Origin: Chlamydiales bacterium
Lineage (GTDB): Bacteria > Chlamydiota > Chlamydiia > Chlamydiales > JACKPQ01
Length of the DNA stretch: 64,000 bases
NCBI GenBank assembly: GCA_024233435.1
Contig: JACKPQ010000002.1
Coordinates: forward strand, 286 to 64,285
Direction: 5' to 3'
Shown in pieces: positions 1-7,508 of this stretch. Position 1 is the stretch's first letter; each line of letters begins with the position of its first letter. A model generated the notes under the pieces. It was given only the letters and a program-made list of their open reading frames with translations. It was not told the origin of the DNA and ran no database searches. The position numbers and the translations under genes were made by a program.

Positions 1-531
1 GGTGGCAAGGTATTGGGAAAGAATGCTCGTCACTGAGCGGCTACGCTCTGCTTGATCACGATTAATGCGGCGGCAAAGGCGCATATCTTCCGGGGTATCT
101 ACATATAGCTTGATGTCGAGCAGATCTCTGATTTCAGGGTCAGCTAAAAGCAGTAATCCTTCCACGATGACAATTTGTTTAGGCTCTACTGAAACGGTGT
201 TTGGAAGCCGTGTATGAAAGCTGAAGTCATACTGGGGCATCGAAATACGCTGCATCCGCTTTAAAGCAATCAGCTGATCTTTCATCAGGGTAAACTCAAT
301 TGAGTCGGGATGATCAAAATTTGTAAATTTGCGCTCTTGCATTGGCAGATAGGATAGGTCTTTGTAGTAATTGTCTTGAGCAATGACAACGCTATGGTCT
401 GGAAACGCCTCGTGCAATCTTCTAGCAATTGTGGTTTTACCACAGCCGGTCCCCCCGGAAATACCAACTAAAAAAGCCTCTGATCCAAACACAAACGTGC
501 TCAGACATATGAGCATCAATATAAACCGCAT
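1..531 (-). CDS. udk: uridine kinase, C-terminal end cut by window edge
   Basis: Own translation of minus strand from ATG at 531: MRFILMLICLSTFVFGSEAFLVGISGGTGCGKTTIARRLHEAFPDHSVVIAQDNYYKD...QYDFSFHTR...IVIVEG. The P-loop GISGGxGxGKTT and overall layout fit uridine/cytidine kinase. The frame stays open to base 1, so the ORF is absent from the track. Confidence 0.75.
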   Translation of the reverse strand, partial: MRFILMLICLSTFVFGSEAFLVGISGGTGCGKTTIARRLHEAFPDHSVVIAQDNYYKDLSYLPMQERKFTNFDHPDSIEFTLMKDQLIALKRMQRISMPQYDFSFHTRLPNTVSVEPKQIVIVEGLLLLADPEIRDLLDIKLYVDTPEDMRLCRRINRDQAERSRSVTSILSQYLAT

Positions 532-599
532 AATAGCCTCCCATTCAAGGTAAATTTTTCAGAAGGTACATGAATAAGATTTTAATGGCAAGTTTGAGA

Positions 600-1529
600 T
601 TACGTTTTGTCAGCGTTCTCTAAATCAGAAAGTGTCTCGAGAGGGGCTTTTTCCTGAGAGAAAAATTGATCTAGAAAATGTGTGATCACAACCTGCTCAA
701 GGCGCTCTTTGAGATGCATCGGCGATGGAATGCGCAGATGCAGGTGGAGCATATCCGGTGTGGGCATTAGAATGGAAACTTTAGGCTCAACGCAAGGAAG
801 CTCGAGCGCACGGGTACGCTCCATCTTGCGAATGAGACGCCTTGCTTGTTCTAGGTAAGGGGCGCACTCATCGTGGGCAATTTTGAGCAGCACTTCTTTT
901 GCACGCTTCCAGTCATCGGTGATTTTAAGCGGAATGGTGATGTTATTGATGAAGTAGTTTTCTAAAAATGACTCGTTCATGATGGGGCGATCTAAAAACA
1001 TGCTGTTAGGAATGACAACCTTTCGCCCGGTCATCTGATGGTTTGCAGCGCCGCGGCCTATTTCTAAGAGGGTGGTTGTCAAGAGTGTTGAAGCGATGAC
1101 ATCCCCTCTAATATCTCCGATCATGATCCGATCGCCAATTTCAAAGGTGTTGCCTCGGAATTTAAGAAATGTCCCATTGAAGCACATAAACATCTCTTTG
1201 ACCGAGTAAACCACAGCAAATGCGATGGCAAAGACCGAAACGGCAAACCCGTGAATGGCCTCTCCCCAGATGTAGATAACTCCAAAAAGTAGCATTCCGA
1301 AGAAAAGATTGCGCACATAGCCAATCCAACGAAGGCGCTGCTGTGAGGACCAATTGCGTTCGGCATTTCTTATATACCTAGCTGTCAACATTTTAGCCAA
1401 AAGCAAAACAGCAACCATCACAAGGGTTGCAAGCCCACTTCGCATCCAAAACGTTGAATTAAAAGAACTTAAATCGATATTCATAGAATCTATCATGACA
1501 GATTGCCTATATTCCCTCAAGCCCTTCAT
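600..1529 (-). CDS. small-conductance mechanosensitive channel (MscS family)
   Basis: 309-aa ORF with N-terminal TM helices followed by GDRIMIGDIRGDVIASTLLTTTLLEI...VVIPNSMF, the typical MscS beta-domain signature. Confidence 0.75.
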   Translation of the reverse strand: MKGLREYRQSVMIDSMNIDLSSFNSTFWMRSGLATLVMVAVLLLAKMLTARYIRNAERNWSSQQRLRWIGYVRNLFFGMLLFGVIYIWGEAIHGFAVSVFAIAFAVVYSVKEMFMCFNGTFLKFRGNTFEIGDRIMIGDIRGDVIASTLLTTTLLEIGRGAANHQMTGRKVVIPNSMFLDRPIMNESFLENYFINNITIPLKITDDWKRAKEVLLKIAHDECAPYLEQARRLIRKMERTRALELPCVEPKVSILMPTPDMLHLHLRIPSPMHLKERLEQVVITHFLDQFFSQEKAPLETLSDLENADKT

Positions 1530-1567
1530 AACAAATAGTCTATAAACAGTAAATAGATTAGTTATAT

Positions 1568-1597
1568 TTGCAATTAAAATAATAAATATGTTATAAT
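1568..1597 (+). promoter_or_regulatory. sigma70/66-like promoter for the 1620 gene
   Basis: TTGCAA (1568-1573), 18-nt spacer, TATAAT (1592-1597), 22 nt upstream of ATG 1620, in an AT-rich divergent intergenic region. Confidence 0.45.
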
Positions 1598-1619
1598 AGT
1601 TGTAATATACAGGATATTT

Positions 1620-2561
1620 ATGGCTTTAATTACACTTAATAACAAATCTATCATTATAGAATCAGCAACTTATGACGGCAAAATCTATGAGGGGTCAGAG
1701 CTGGTCGCTCTTATCGATAAGCTAAAAGTGCATCTAAATGCTATTTCGGGCGATATCGACTTAAGTGCTCGTGAGTTTACCGTTTACAGGGACCGCGTAG
1801 AGTCCAATGGCAAGAGCAGAATTATCCATCAAACTGAATACAACGAAATTGTTGAAAAAACCAAGAACTTCACCTCACTCCCTGGAAGCCCTCTTTCGAA
1901 AGCTGGTGTCAATCCTGATCTTCTAATCGAAAAACGTGCTCCTTTGGCAGAAAGTCAAACAATGAGCGATCTAAAGGAAGAAATCGGAATTCTGAATGAT
2001 AAAATCGATGATCTGTTCTATCGCCTAGGCCCTCAAAATGCAAACAAGAAAACCAAAGCTGATCTCGATGATGAGCTAAACCCCCTTGAAGAAGAAAATA
2101 GAGAGTTGAAAGCAACTCTTAGTTCGCTAGACATCATCTTTAGGGAGGACCAAGAAAAAATCGATTCCCTGCAAGAGATGCTATCTCATTACGACAAACA
2201 GATGCAAGCATCTAAAGTCTACCTTAATGGAAATAACCGGATGATTGAGCAGCTTGGAATTGCTGTTGAAGAACTCCAGCTTAAATTAGGGATGAAGGAT
2301 ACTTTCATAAAAGTGCTTGAAAAAGAGAATGACCATCTAAAAAAAGATATTGCCCACCAAGCCGCTCGCTATGACGCACTCACCAATCAGTGGAAGGCCG
2401 CTATTGAAGCGCAAATGGAAACCATCGCACAGCTCAACACGAAACTTGGAAATTTTGAGGAAGAGGTAATTAGGCTTGAAAAGGATGCTGTCGAAAAAGA
2501 GATCGCCCACGAGCAAATTCTTCTGGCACTGCGAAATGGAAAAGCCGTGAGGACACAATAG
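1620..2561 (+). CDS. coiled-coil hypothetical protein
   Basis: 313-aa ORF. The C-terminal two thirds is rich in E/K/L/Q heptad-like sequence (LEEENRELKATLSSLD, LEKENDHLKKDIAHQ). I see no TM segment or recognisable enzymatic motif. Confidence 0.5.
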   Translation: MALITLNNKSIIIESATYDGKIYEGSELVALIDKLKVHLNAISGDIDLSAREFTVYRDRVESNGKSRIIHQTEYNEIVEKTKNFTSLPGSPLSKAGVNPDLLIEKRAPLAESQTMSDLKEEIGILNDKIDDLFYRLGPQNANKKTKADLDDELNPLEEENRELKATLSSLDIIFREDQEKIDSLQEMLSHYDKQMQASKVYLNGNNRMIEQLGIAVEELQLKLGMKDTFIKVLEKENDHLKKDIAHQAARYDALTNQWKAAIEAQMETIAQLNTKLGNFEEEVIRLEKDAVEKEIAHEQILLALRNGKAVRTQ

Positions 2562-2591
2562 TCCCCACTGCCTTAATGCATCAAAGCAAAA

Positions 2592-2891
2592 TTAAGCCTT
2601 AGCAGCTGGAGTTGTAACTTCAGTGATCGCAGCTTTTAGCACTTTGATCTTGTTTCCATCGACCATGCTTAGGATAACAGCGTTATCTTCAATTTTTGCC
2701 ACTTCGCCAATGATTCCCATGGCTGTAACTTGATCGCCTTGTTTTAGGCTTGAGCGTTTTGTTTCCATCGCTTTGCGGCGTTTTTTCTCTGGGCGCCATA
2801 GAATGAAATAGAAAAAGACAACAGCTACTCCAAGCATCATCAGTGTCTGCCAAAGGTTTTGATCGCGCATTGCGTCTGCTAGTAGGGTCAT
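2592..2891 (-). CDS. yajC: preprotein translocase subunit YajC
   Basis: 99 aa with a single N-terminal TM, then RRKAMETKRSSLKQGDQVTAMGIIGEVAKIEDNAVIL, the YajC pattern. Confidence 0.8.
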   Translation of the reverse strand: MTLLADAMRDQNLWQTLMMLGVAVVFFYFILWRPEKKRRKAMETKRSSLKQGDQVTAMGIIGEVAKIEDNAVILSMVDGNKIKVLKAAITEVTTPAAKA

Positions 2892-2933
2892 AGGAAATCT
2901 CCTGTGTTAAATTTCCCCTTGAGTATATCAGTT

Positions 2934-4241
2934 TCAGAGCTTTTTAACAAGTAGGGCTATATTCTCTAGGTGCGGGGTGTGAGGAAATTGGTCGACTGGC
3001 TGTAAAGTTTTAATTTCATATGCGCTTAATTGCTCGATGTCTTGCGCTTGCGTATTTGGATTACACGAAATATAAAGGATCTGATCAGGGTTTAATTCTT
3101 TTAAATGGGCGATGGCTTTTGGGCCTAGGCCTGCTCGTGGTGGATCGATCAGGGCCAATGCTGGTTTTTTTGGCAGATCTGCTAGAGCAAGGGCTACATC
3201 TGAACGGATGAGTTTGAGGTTGGTGATGCCGTTGAGCTCGATGTTTGTTTCAGCGTCGCAAATGGAATAGGGATTGATCTCTACTGAGGTTACGTCGGAC
3301 GCATAAGGGGCAAAGAGAATGCCAAGTGAGGCTACACCGGCATAGAGATCATAAACAGAGCCATGGAGGGGCAAGCAAAGCTTTAAAGCGGCTGTATAGA
3401 GCTTTTCTGCCTGATATGTATTGGGCTGGAAAAAGGCTGCAGGGCTGATAGAAAATTTTAAGATGCGATCTTCTAGATGGAGCTCTTCTGAGAGGTGATC
3501 TGGCCCTTGTAAATGCATCTCGAAAAGCTCTGTTGGTTTTCCTGCTATAGCTTGATGAATGTGTAAAAACAATGATGTGTCTTGATCGAAGAGGGCTTTA
3601 AATGCGCTGAGGTGATTTTGGGTGAGCTCTTCCCGTGCTGCCCCATCAACTGTTAGGATCACCATGCGAGAGCCTGTGCGCTTGCCTTCGCGCATTGTCA
3701 GGGTGCGCAGGGCTCCTGTCTGCCTGTGGGGATGGAAAGCGTTGAGATTATTACTGCTCCACCACGTCCTCACAGCTTGTAGCGCATCAGAAAACCAAGG
3801 CGCAACTAAATGGCAATGCTCGATATCAATAACGCGCCCTTTTGCAGCCGGCATATGCAGCCCAAGAAATTTGTTTCCAGCTTTGTCTTGTGAAAAGCTA
3901 AATTCCATTTTGTTGCGCATTTGAAAGGGTTCGTCGCAGGGAATAATTGGATTAACAGGATGGGTAAATAATGACTGGATGCGGTTTTGCTTTAGCAAGA
4001 GCTGAGCTGAATAATCAAGTGTTTGAAATGCGCACCCACCGCAGCTACCTGCATGAGAGCAACGCGCATCAACGCGATCTGGGCTTTTTGTTTCTATGCT
4101 GAGAAGGCGGGCTTTGCCGCGTTTGATTTTTTGAGCAATAATCTGCTCGCCGGGAAGGGCTCCAAACACCTCGTAATCGTCTGAGGCGCCCCATCCGCGT
4201 TTTGTCAAAGATTTAATTGATAAAGAAAAATCCTCTGCCAT
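2934..4241 (-). CDS. 23S rRNA (uracil-C5)-methyltransferase, RlmD/RumA family
   Basis: 435 aa. Features are a TRAM-like N-terminus, an Fe-S cysteine cluster CSHAGSCGGCAFQ, a SAM-binding DLYAGVASLG segment, and a C-terminal IDPPRAG...YISCNP...VDQFPHTPHLE. Confidence 0.8.
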   Translation of the reverse strand: MAEDFSLSIKSLTKRGWGASDDYEVFGALPGEQIIAQKIKRGKARLLSIETKSPDRVDARCSHAGSCGGCAFQTLDYSAQLLLKQNRIQSLFTHPVNPIIPCDEPFQMRNKMEFSFSQDKAGNKFLGLHMPAAKGRVIDIEHCHLVAPWFSDALQAVRTWWSSNNLNAFHPHRQTGALRTLTMREGKRTGSRMVILTVDGAAREELTQNHLSAFKALFDQDTSLFLHIHQAIAGKPTELFEMHLQGPDHLSEELHLEDRILKFSISPAAFFQPNTYQAEKLYTAALKLCLPLHGSVYDLYAGVASLGILFAPYASDVTSVEINPYSICDAETNIELNGITNLKLIRSDVALALADLPKKPALALIDPPRAGLGPKAIAHLKELNPDQILYISCNPNTQAQDIEQLSAYEIKTLQPVDQFPHTPHLENIALLVKKL

Positions 4242-4269
4242 AGACAGAGGATTATATCACAACTGGTGT

Positions 4270-4602
4270 TTATCTTCTTTTCTTAGCAGCTTTTTTTGCT
4301 GGCTTTTTCTTAGCTGGAGCTTTTTTGGCTGGTGCTTTTTTCTTCGCAGCAACTTTGCGCTTTGGTGCAGCTGTTTTCTTAGCTGGTGCTTTTTTCTTAG
4401 CTCCGGCTTTTTTCTTAGGTGATGCTTTTTTACCTTCTTTTACAGATTCTTTTCTGTACAGTTTTGCAATTTTTTCAAGCTTGATGGTACCAGTGCGAAC
4501 GCGCTGAGATGCTGCTCTGTTGCCATGTTCAGCTTTTGACAAGTCATGTGTAACTTGGTGTAGAGCTTCTGTTAGATGTTTTACTGTGTCTTTCAATGCC
4601 AT
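4270..4602 (-). CDS. hctA: chlamydial histone H1-like protein Hc1
   Basis: MALKDTVKHLTEALHQVTHDLSKAEHGNRAASQRVRTGTIKLEKIAKLYRKES followed by a K/A/P-rich tail, which closely recalls Chlamydia Hc1. AGGAGG lies 9 nt upstream of this ATG, so the track ORF start at 4656 is probably too far upstream. Confidence 0.85.
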   Translation of the reverse strand: MALKDTVKHLTEALHQVTHDLSKAEHGNRAASQRVRTGTIKLEKIAKLYRKESVKEGKKASPKKKAGAKKKAPAKKTAAPKRKVAAKKKAPAKKAPAKKKPAKKAAKKRR

Positions 4603-4729
4603 GTTTTTTTCTTCCTCCTGATATTTAAAAAACATTTTGTTTCTTCTTACTTCCATAGAGTTTTTTCAGCAAATATTCAAGTATTTTTTTCACTTGTTTA
4701 TGTTTTGTTGTTTGGATACTATCCGAGCT

Positions 4730-5530
4730 ATGTGGGTTTACTTAAATAATCAGTTCGTTTCAAAAGATGATGCTAACGTTTCAATCTATGATTTAGGCTT
4801 CATGCGCTCGTTTGGAATTTTTGAATTTGCACGCGTTTATGACGGGCAAATTTTCCGCTTAAAAGACCACCTAAGCCGCTTTTTTGCCTCGGCTGATTCT
4901 CTTGGAATAAGGGTTCCATTTACGCCTTTAGAAATCACCCAGCTTTGTGATGAACTCGTTAAAAAAAACAAGATGCTAAACACGGGCATAAAACTTGTTC
5001 TTTCTGGTGGCATTGGCGATTTTGCCCCTGCCGGGATGCCAACGTTTGCTATTTTACCAGCTAGCCTGCGCCCTCCAACGCAAACGTTAAAGGTGATGAC
5101 GCATATCTATGAACGCTTCTTGCCAAGTTGTAAAACGTTAAATTATCTCCCCGCAATCTTAGCTCGCCAAAAAATGATCTCCGCAGGTTTTGATGAACCG
5201 CTTTTCTTAGATTGCAATCGCAATGTTTTAGAGGGCGCAAGGGAAAACTTTTTTGCTGTAAAAGGCAATCAACTGATCACAGCAGATGAAGGCGTCCTAG
5301 GCGGCGTTACACGCGCTGTGGTTTTAGAAATGGTCGATGTTGAAGTGCGCACACTCCCCTACGATGAACTCAAAGAGTGTGATGGGGCATTTTTCACTTC
5401 AACGGTTCGAGAGATTGCTCCCATTACACAAATTGATGATATGCACTTTGAGGTGCCGCAAGTCATTTTAGATTTGCAAAGTCTGTTTAAGGACAAGACG
5501 TGCCAGGCAGTACAAACACTGCATCCGTAG
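4730..5530 (+). CDS. class IV (fold type IV) aminotransferase, branched-chain/D-amino-acid aminotransferase or aminodeoxychorismate lyase family
   Basis: MWVYLNNQFVSKDDANVSIYDLGFMRSFGIFE...RLKDHLSRFFASA...LNYLPAILARQ...REIAPI is the typical class IV PLP enzyme pattern. Start chosen at the internal ATG 4730. The 3' end overlaps the convergent gene by 44 nt. Confidence 0.7.
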   Translation: MWVYLNNQFVSKDDANVSIYDLGFMRSFGIFEFARVYDGQIFRLKDHLSRFFASADSLGIRVPFTPLEITQLCDELVKKNKMLNTGIKLVLSGGIGDFAPAGMPTFAILPASLRPPTQTLKVMTHIYERFLPSCKTLNYLPAILARQKMISAGFDEPLFLDCNRNVLEGARENFFAVKGNQLITADEGVLGGVTRAVVLEMVDVEVRTLPYDELKECDGAFFTSTVREIAPITQIDDMHFEVPQVILDLQSLFKDKTCQAVQTLHP

Positions 5531-7508
5531 CCCCAATGGAAAATGTGCTAGGCGAGTTGATTGATGCTACCCCTGATACTTGAGCATTTTGTGACGTAAT
5601 TTGTACTAGTGTTGGGTTGCCGGTTAGATTATCTACGATATAGGGCTGAGTATTAAAGTTGTTTACAAACTGCTCTACACATACCTGACCTGCATCACTG
5701 GAAGCAAAAATACCTGCATTTACAATTCCACCATGAGAGATATTGCCCTTTGTCACGGCAATGCTTTTGGCTCCAGTTTCTGCCCTGACAACACAATCTA
5801 GATTCACTGTGTTAGCAACTCGGTTATTGGCAATAAAGGCTCTAGTTTGCCCGGCAGTGGCAGTGACATTGACTCCAAAACCATTTCCAATGCCTACATT
5901 ACGCAAAAATTCGTAGTAGGTTGTGCCTGGCACAGTACCTGCTGTGAATCCTCCTGCACTCAAAGTTGCGGATTGAGAAACAAAATTTTCCCTAAATACT
6001 CCTCTAGAAGTTCCATTTGCAAAGAACAGGAAAGGAATTGCATTCAAATGCACACCAATAAATTGATTGCGAGCAACATTGATTACACTATTGTCACTAA
6101 AGGCACAAAAAACCTCATTGTTCGACGGACCAAGGTCGTTGTTTGTAAAATAGTTTTCGCGAATAACTCCTCTCACATTGGAAATATTTGGAGCTAGATT
6201 TAATACGACTCCTGAATTATTGTTATTCCGAATTATATTGTTTAATAAAGTGTACTTTTGAACGCCGACTCCAAAAATCCCTAAGCCCGCATTCTCTATA
6301 ATCATGCCAGCAACAGTGTTTCCTTGTGCTAAGATTACACCGCCTGTCTGAGCAAGATTTGTGATGGTTGGTCTAACCGTGGTCATTTCTGGGAGGGTAA
6401 CAACTCCTTTTAGGTTAAAGGGAATTGCCGAGCTAACAAGAATTTGATCATTCTTAAGTGTGATGCCTGCATTGTACCCGTTTGTTGTACCGTCCCCTGG
6501 GTAAACGTAGATCACATCTCCTTGAATTGAATTTGCTTGAGCGAGTGCAAGGGTGGGATATGGACTCTCAAAAGTGCCTAAACTGTTTGAGGTGTTGTTT
6601 ACAAAAATAAAGCGGAAAGGGCCTTGGGTGTCAGGATCAATGGCAATGAAGTGATTGGTTTTGTTTTTTGTCGGGATGATTTCATCGCGTATCACTGGTT
6701 GTGTTAAGCGCATCCGCTCTTTTGCAAGCTGATCGCATTGTCCATAAAGCTCTTTCCAGCGAGATCCCTGGGTGCGCATATTGCTGGGACCAAAGGGAAC
6801 GCTTAAATTAAGATATCCCTGCACGCGACCATGGTAAATTTCATCATAGGTAAAGCTAATGCCAGCTAAAAGCCCATCCCACAGCTTGGCCTCTAAACGC
6901 GTTTTACCACCCCATGCATTTCCGATGGTGCCATTCTTAAAGAGGTAATAAGACCCAATTCCAAAGTAAAGATCAATGACGCGAGCAGGCCCTGGAATGG
7001 GCAATCCCACTTCTCCATCAACGTGTGGCAAAGCTGCTGTGATGCTCTGCTTCACAAAGAGGTTGTTGTTTTGAAAGTAATCAAAGCGAACTGCCCGCTT
7101 GTTAAAGGATGAATTAAGCGGCATATATCCATTAAAGCGAACGTCAAACCAGGGAGAGAGCAGCTCAGTGCCCAAGCCTAATTGGTTTGTCTGAAGATGC
7201 TTGGCATCGCGAAAGTCATAGTAAGCATTTATGCCGGTCGCCCAGTTTGAGTTGAGCGCGCAGCGAGCGCCCAAGCCGAAGTTTGATGCAAAACGGCCGT
7301 CATTGAGGATGTGGGCTCTAGCATCTAGAAATGGACTAAAGGGCTTGGTCCAGCTTGGAGCTAAAAAGATGCGAGCTGACTCGTAGCCTGTCTCATAGCC
7401 CATTCCTTTCCATTCACGAGCTCCTAGCTCAATGCGCTTTGATTGAAATTCGGCGCATGATGCAAACAATGTTCCTGCACACGCAATATAAACTGCTAAT
7501 GTTTTCAT
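5487..7508 (-). CDS. outer-membrane protein with an N-terminal inverse-autotransporter-like beta-barrel and a C-terminal parallel beta-helix passenger
   Basis: 673 aa. It has a signal peptide, then a block NFGLGARCALNSNWATGINAYYDFRDAKHLQTNQLGLGTELLSPWFDVRFNGYMPL resembling the intimin/invasin beta-domain, then a linker RLTQPVIRDEIIP. The passenger has beta-helix-like rungs (GDVIYVYPGDGT, NNIIRNNNNSGVVLNL, FIANNRVANTVN). Confidence 0.6.
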   Translation of the reverse strand: MKTLAVYIACAGTLFASCAEFQSKRIELGAREWKGMGYETGYESARIFLAPSWTKPFSPFLDARAHILNDGRFASNFGLGARCALNSNWATGINAYYDFRDAKHLQTNQLGLGTELLSPWFDVRFNGYMPLNSSFNKRAVRFDYFQNNNLFVKQSITAALPHVDGEVGLPIPGPARVIDLYFGIGSYYLFKNGTIGNAWGGKTRLEAKLWDGLLAGISFTYDEIYHGRVQGYLNLSVPFGPSNMRTQGSRWKELYGQCDQLAKERMRLTQPVIRDEIIPTKNKTNHFIAIDPDTQGPFRFIFVNNTSNSLGTFESPYPTLALAQANSIQGDVIYVYPGDGTTNGYNAGITLKNDQILVSSAIPFNLKGVVTLPEMTTVRPTITNLAQTGGVILAQGNTVAGMIIENAGLGIFGVGVQKYTLLNNIIRNNNNSGVVLNLAPNISNVRGVIRENYFTNNDLGPSNNEVFCAFSDNSVINVARNQFIGVHLNAIPFLFFANGTSRGVFRENFVSQSATLSAGGFTAGTVPGTTYYEFLRNVGIGNGFGVNVTATAGQTRAFIANNRVANTVNLDCVVRAETGAKSIAVTKGNISHGGIVNAGIFASSDAGQVCVEQFVNNFNTQPYIVDNLTGNPTLVQITSQNAQVSGVASINSPSTFSIGATDAVFVLPGTSCP

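Noticed and set aside
285-467. 60-aa minus-strand track ORF near the window start
   Set aside because: It is in the wrong frame relative to the clear uridine kinase reading frame that spans 1-531.
4325-4507. 60-aa plus-strand ORF rich in Ala/Phe/Leu antisense to hctA
   Set aside because: It is an artefact of the low-complexity AAG/GCN (Lys/Ala) tail of Hc1 read on the opposite strand.
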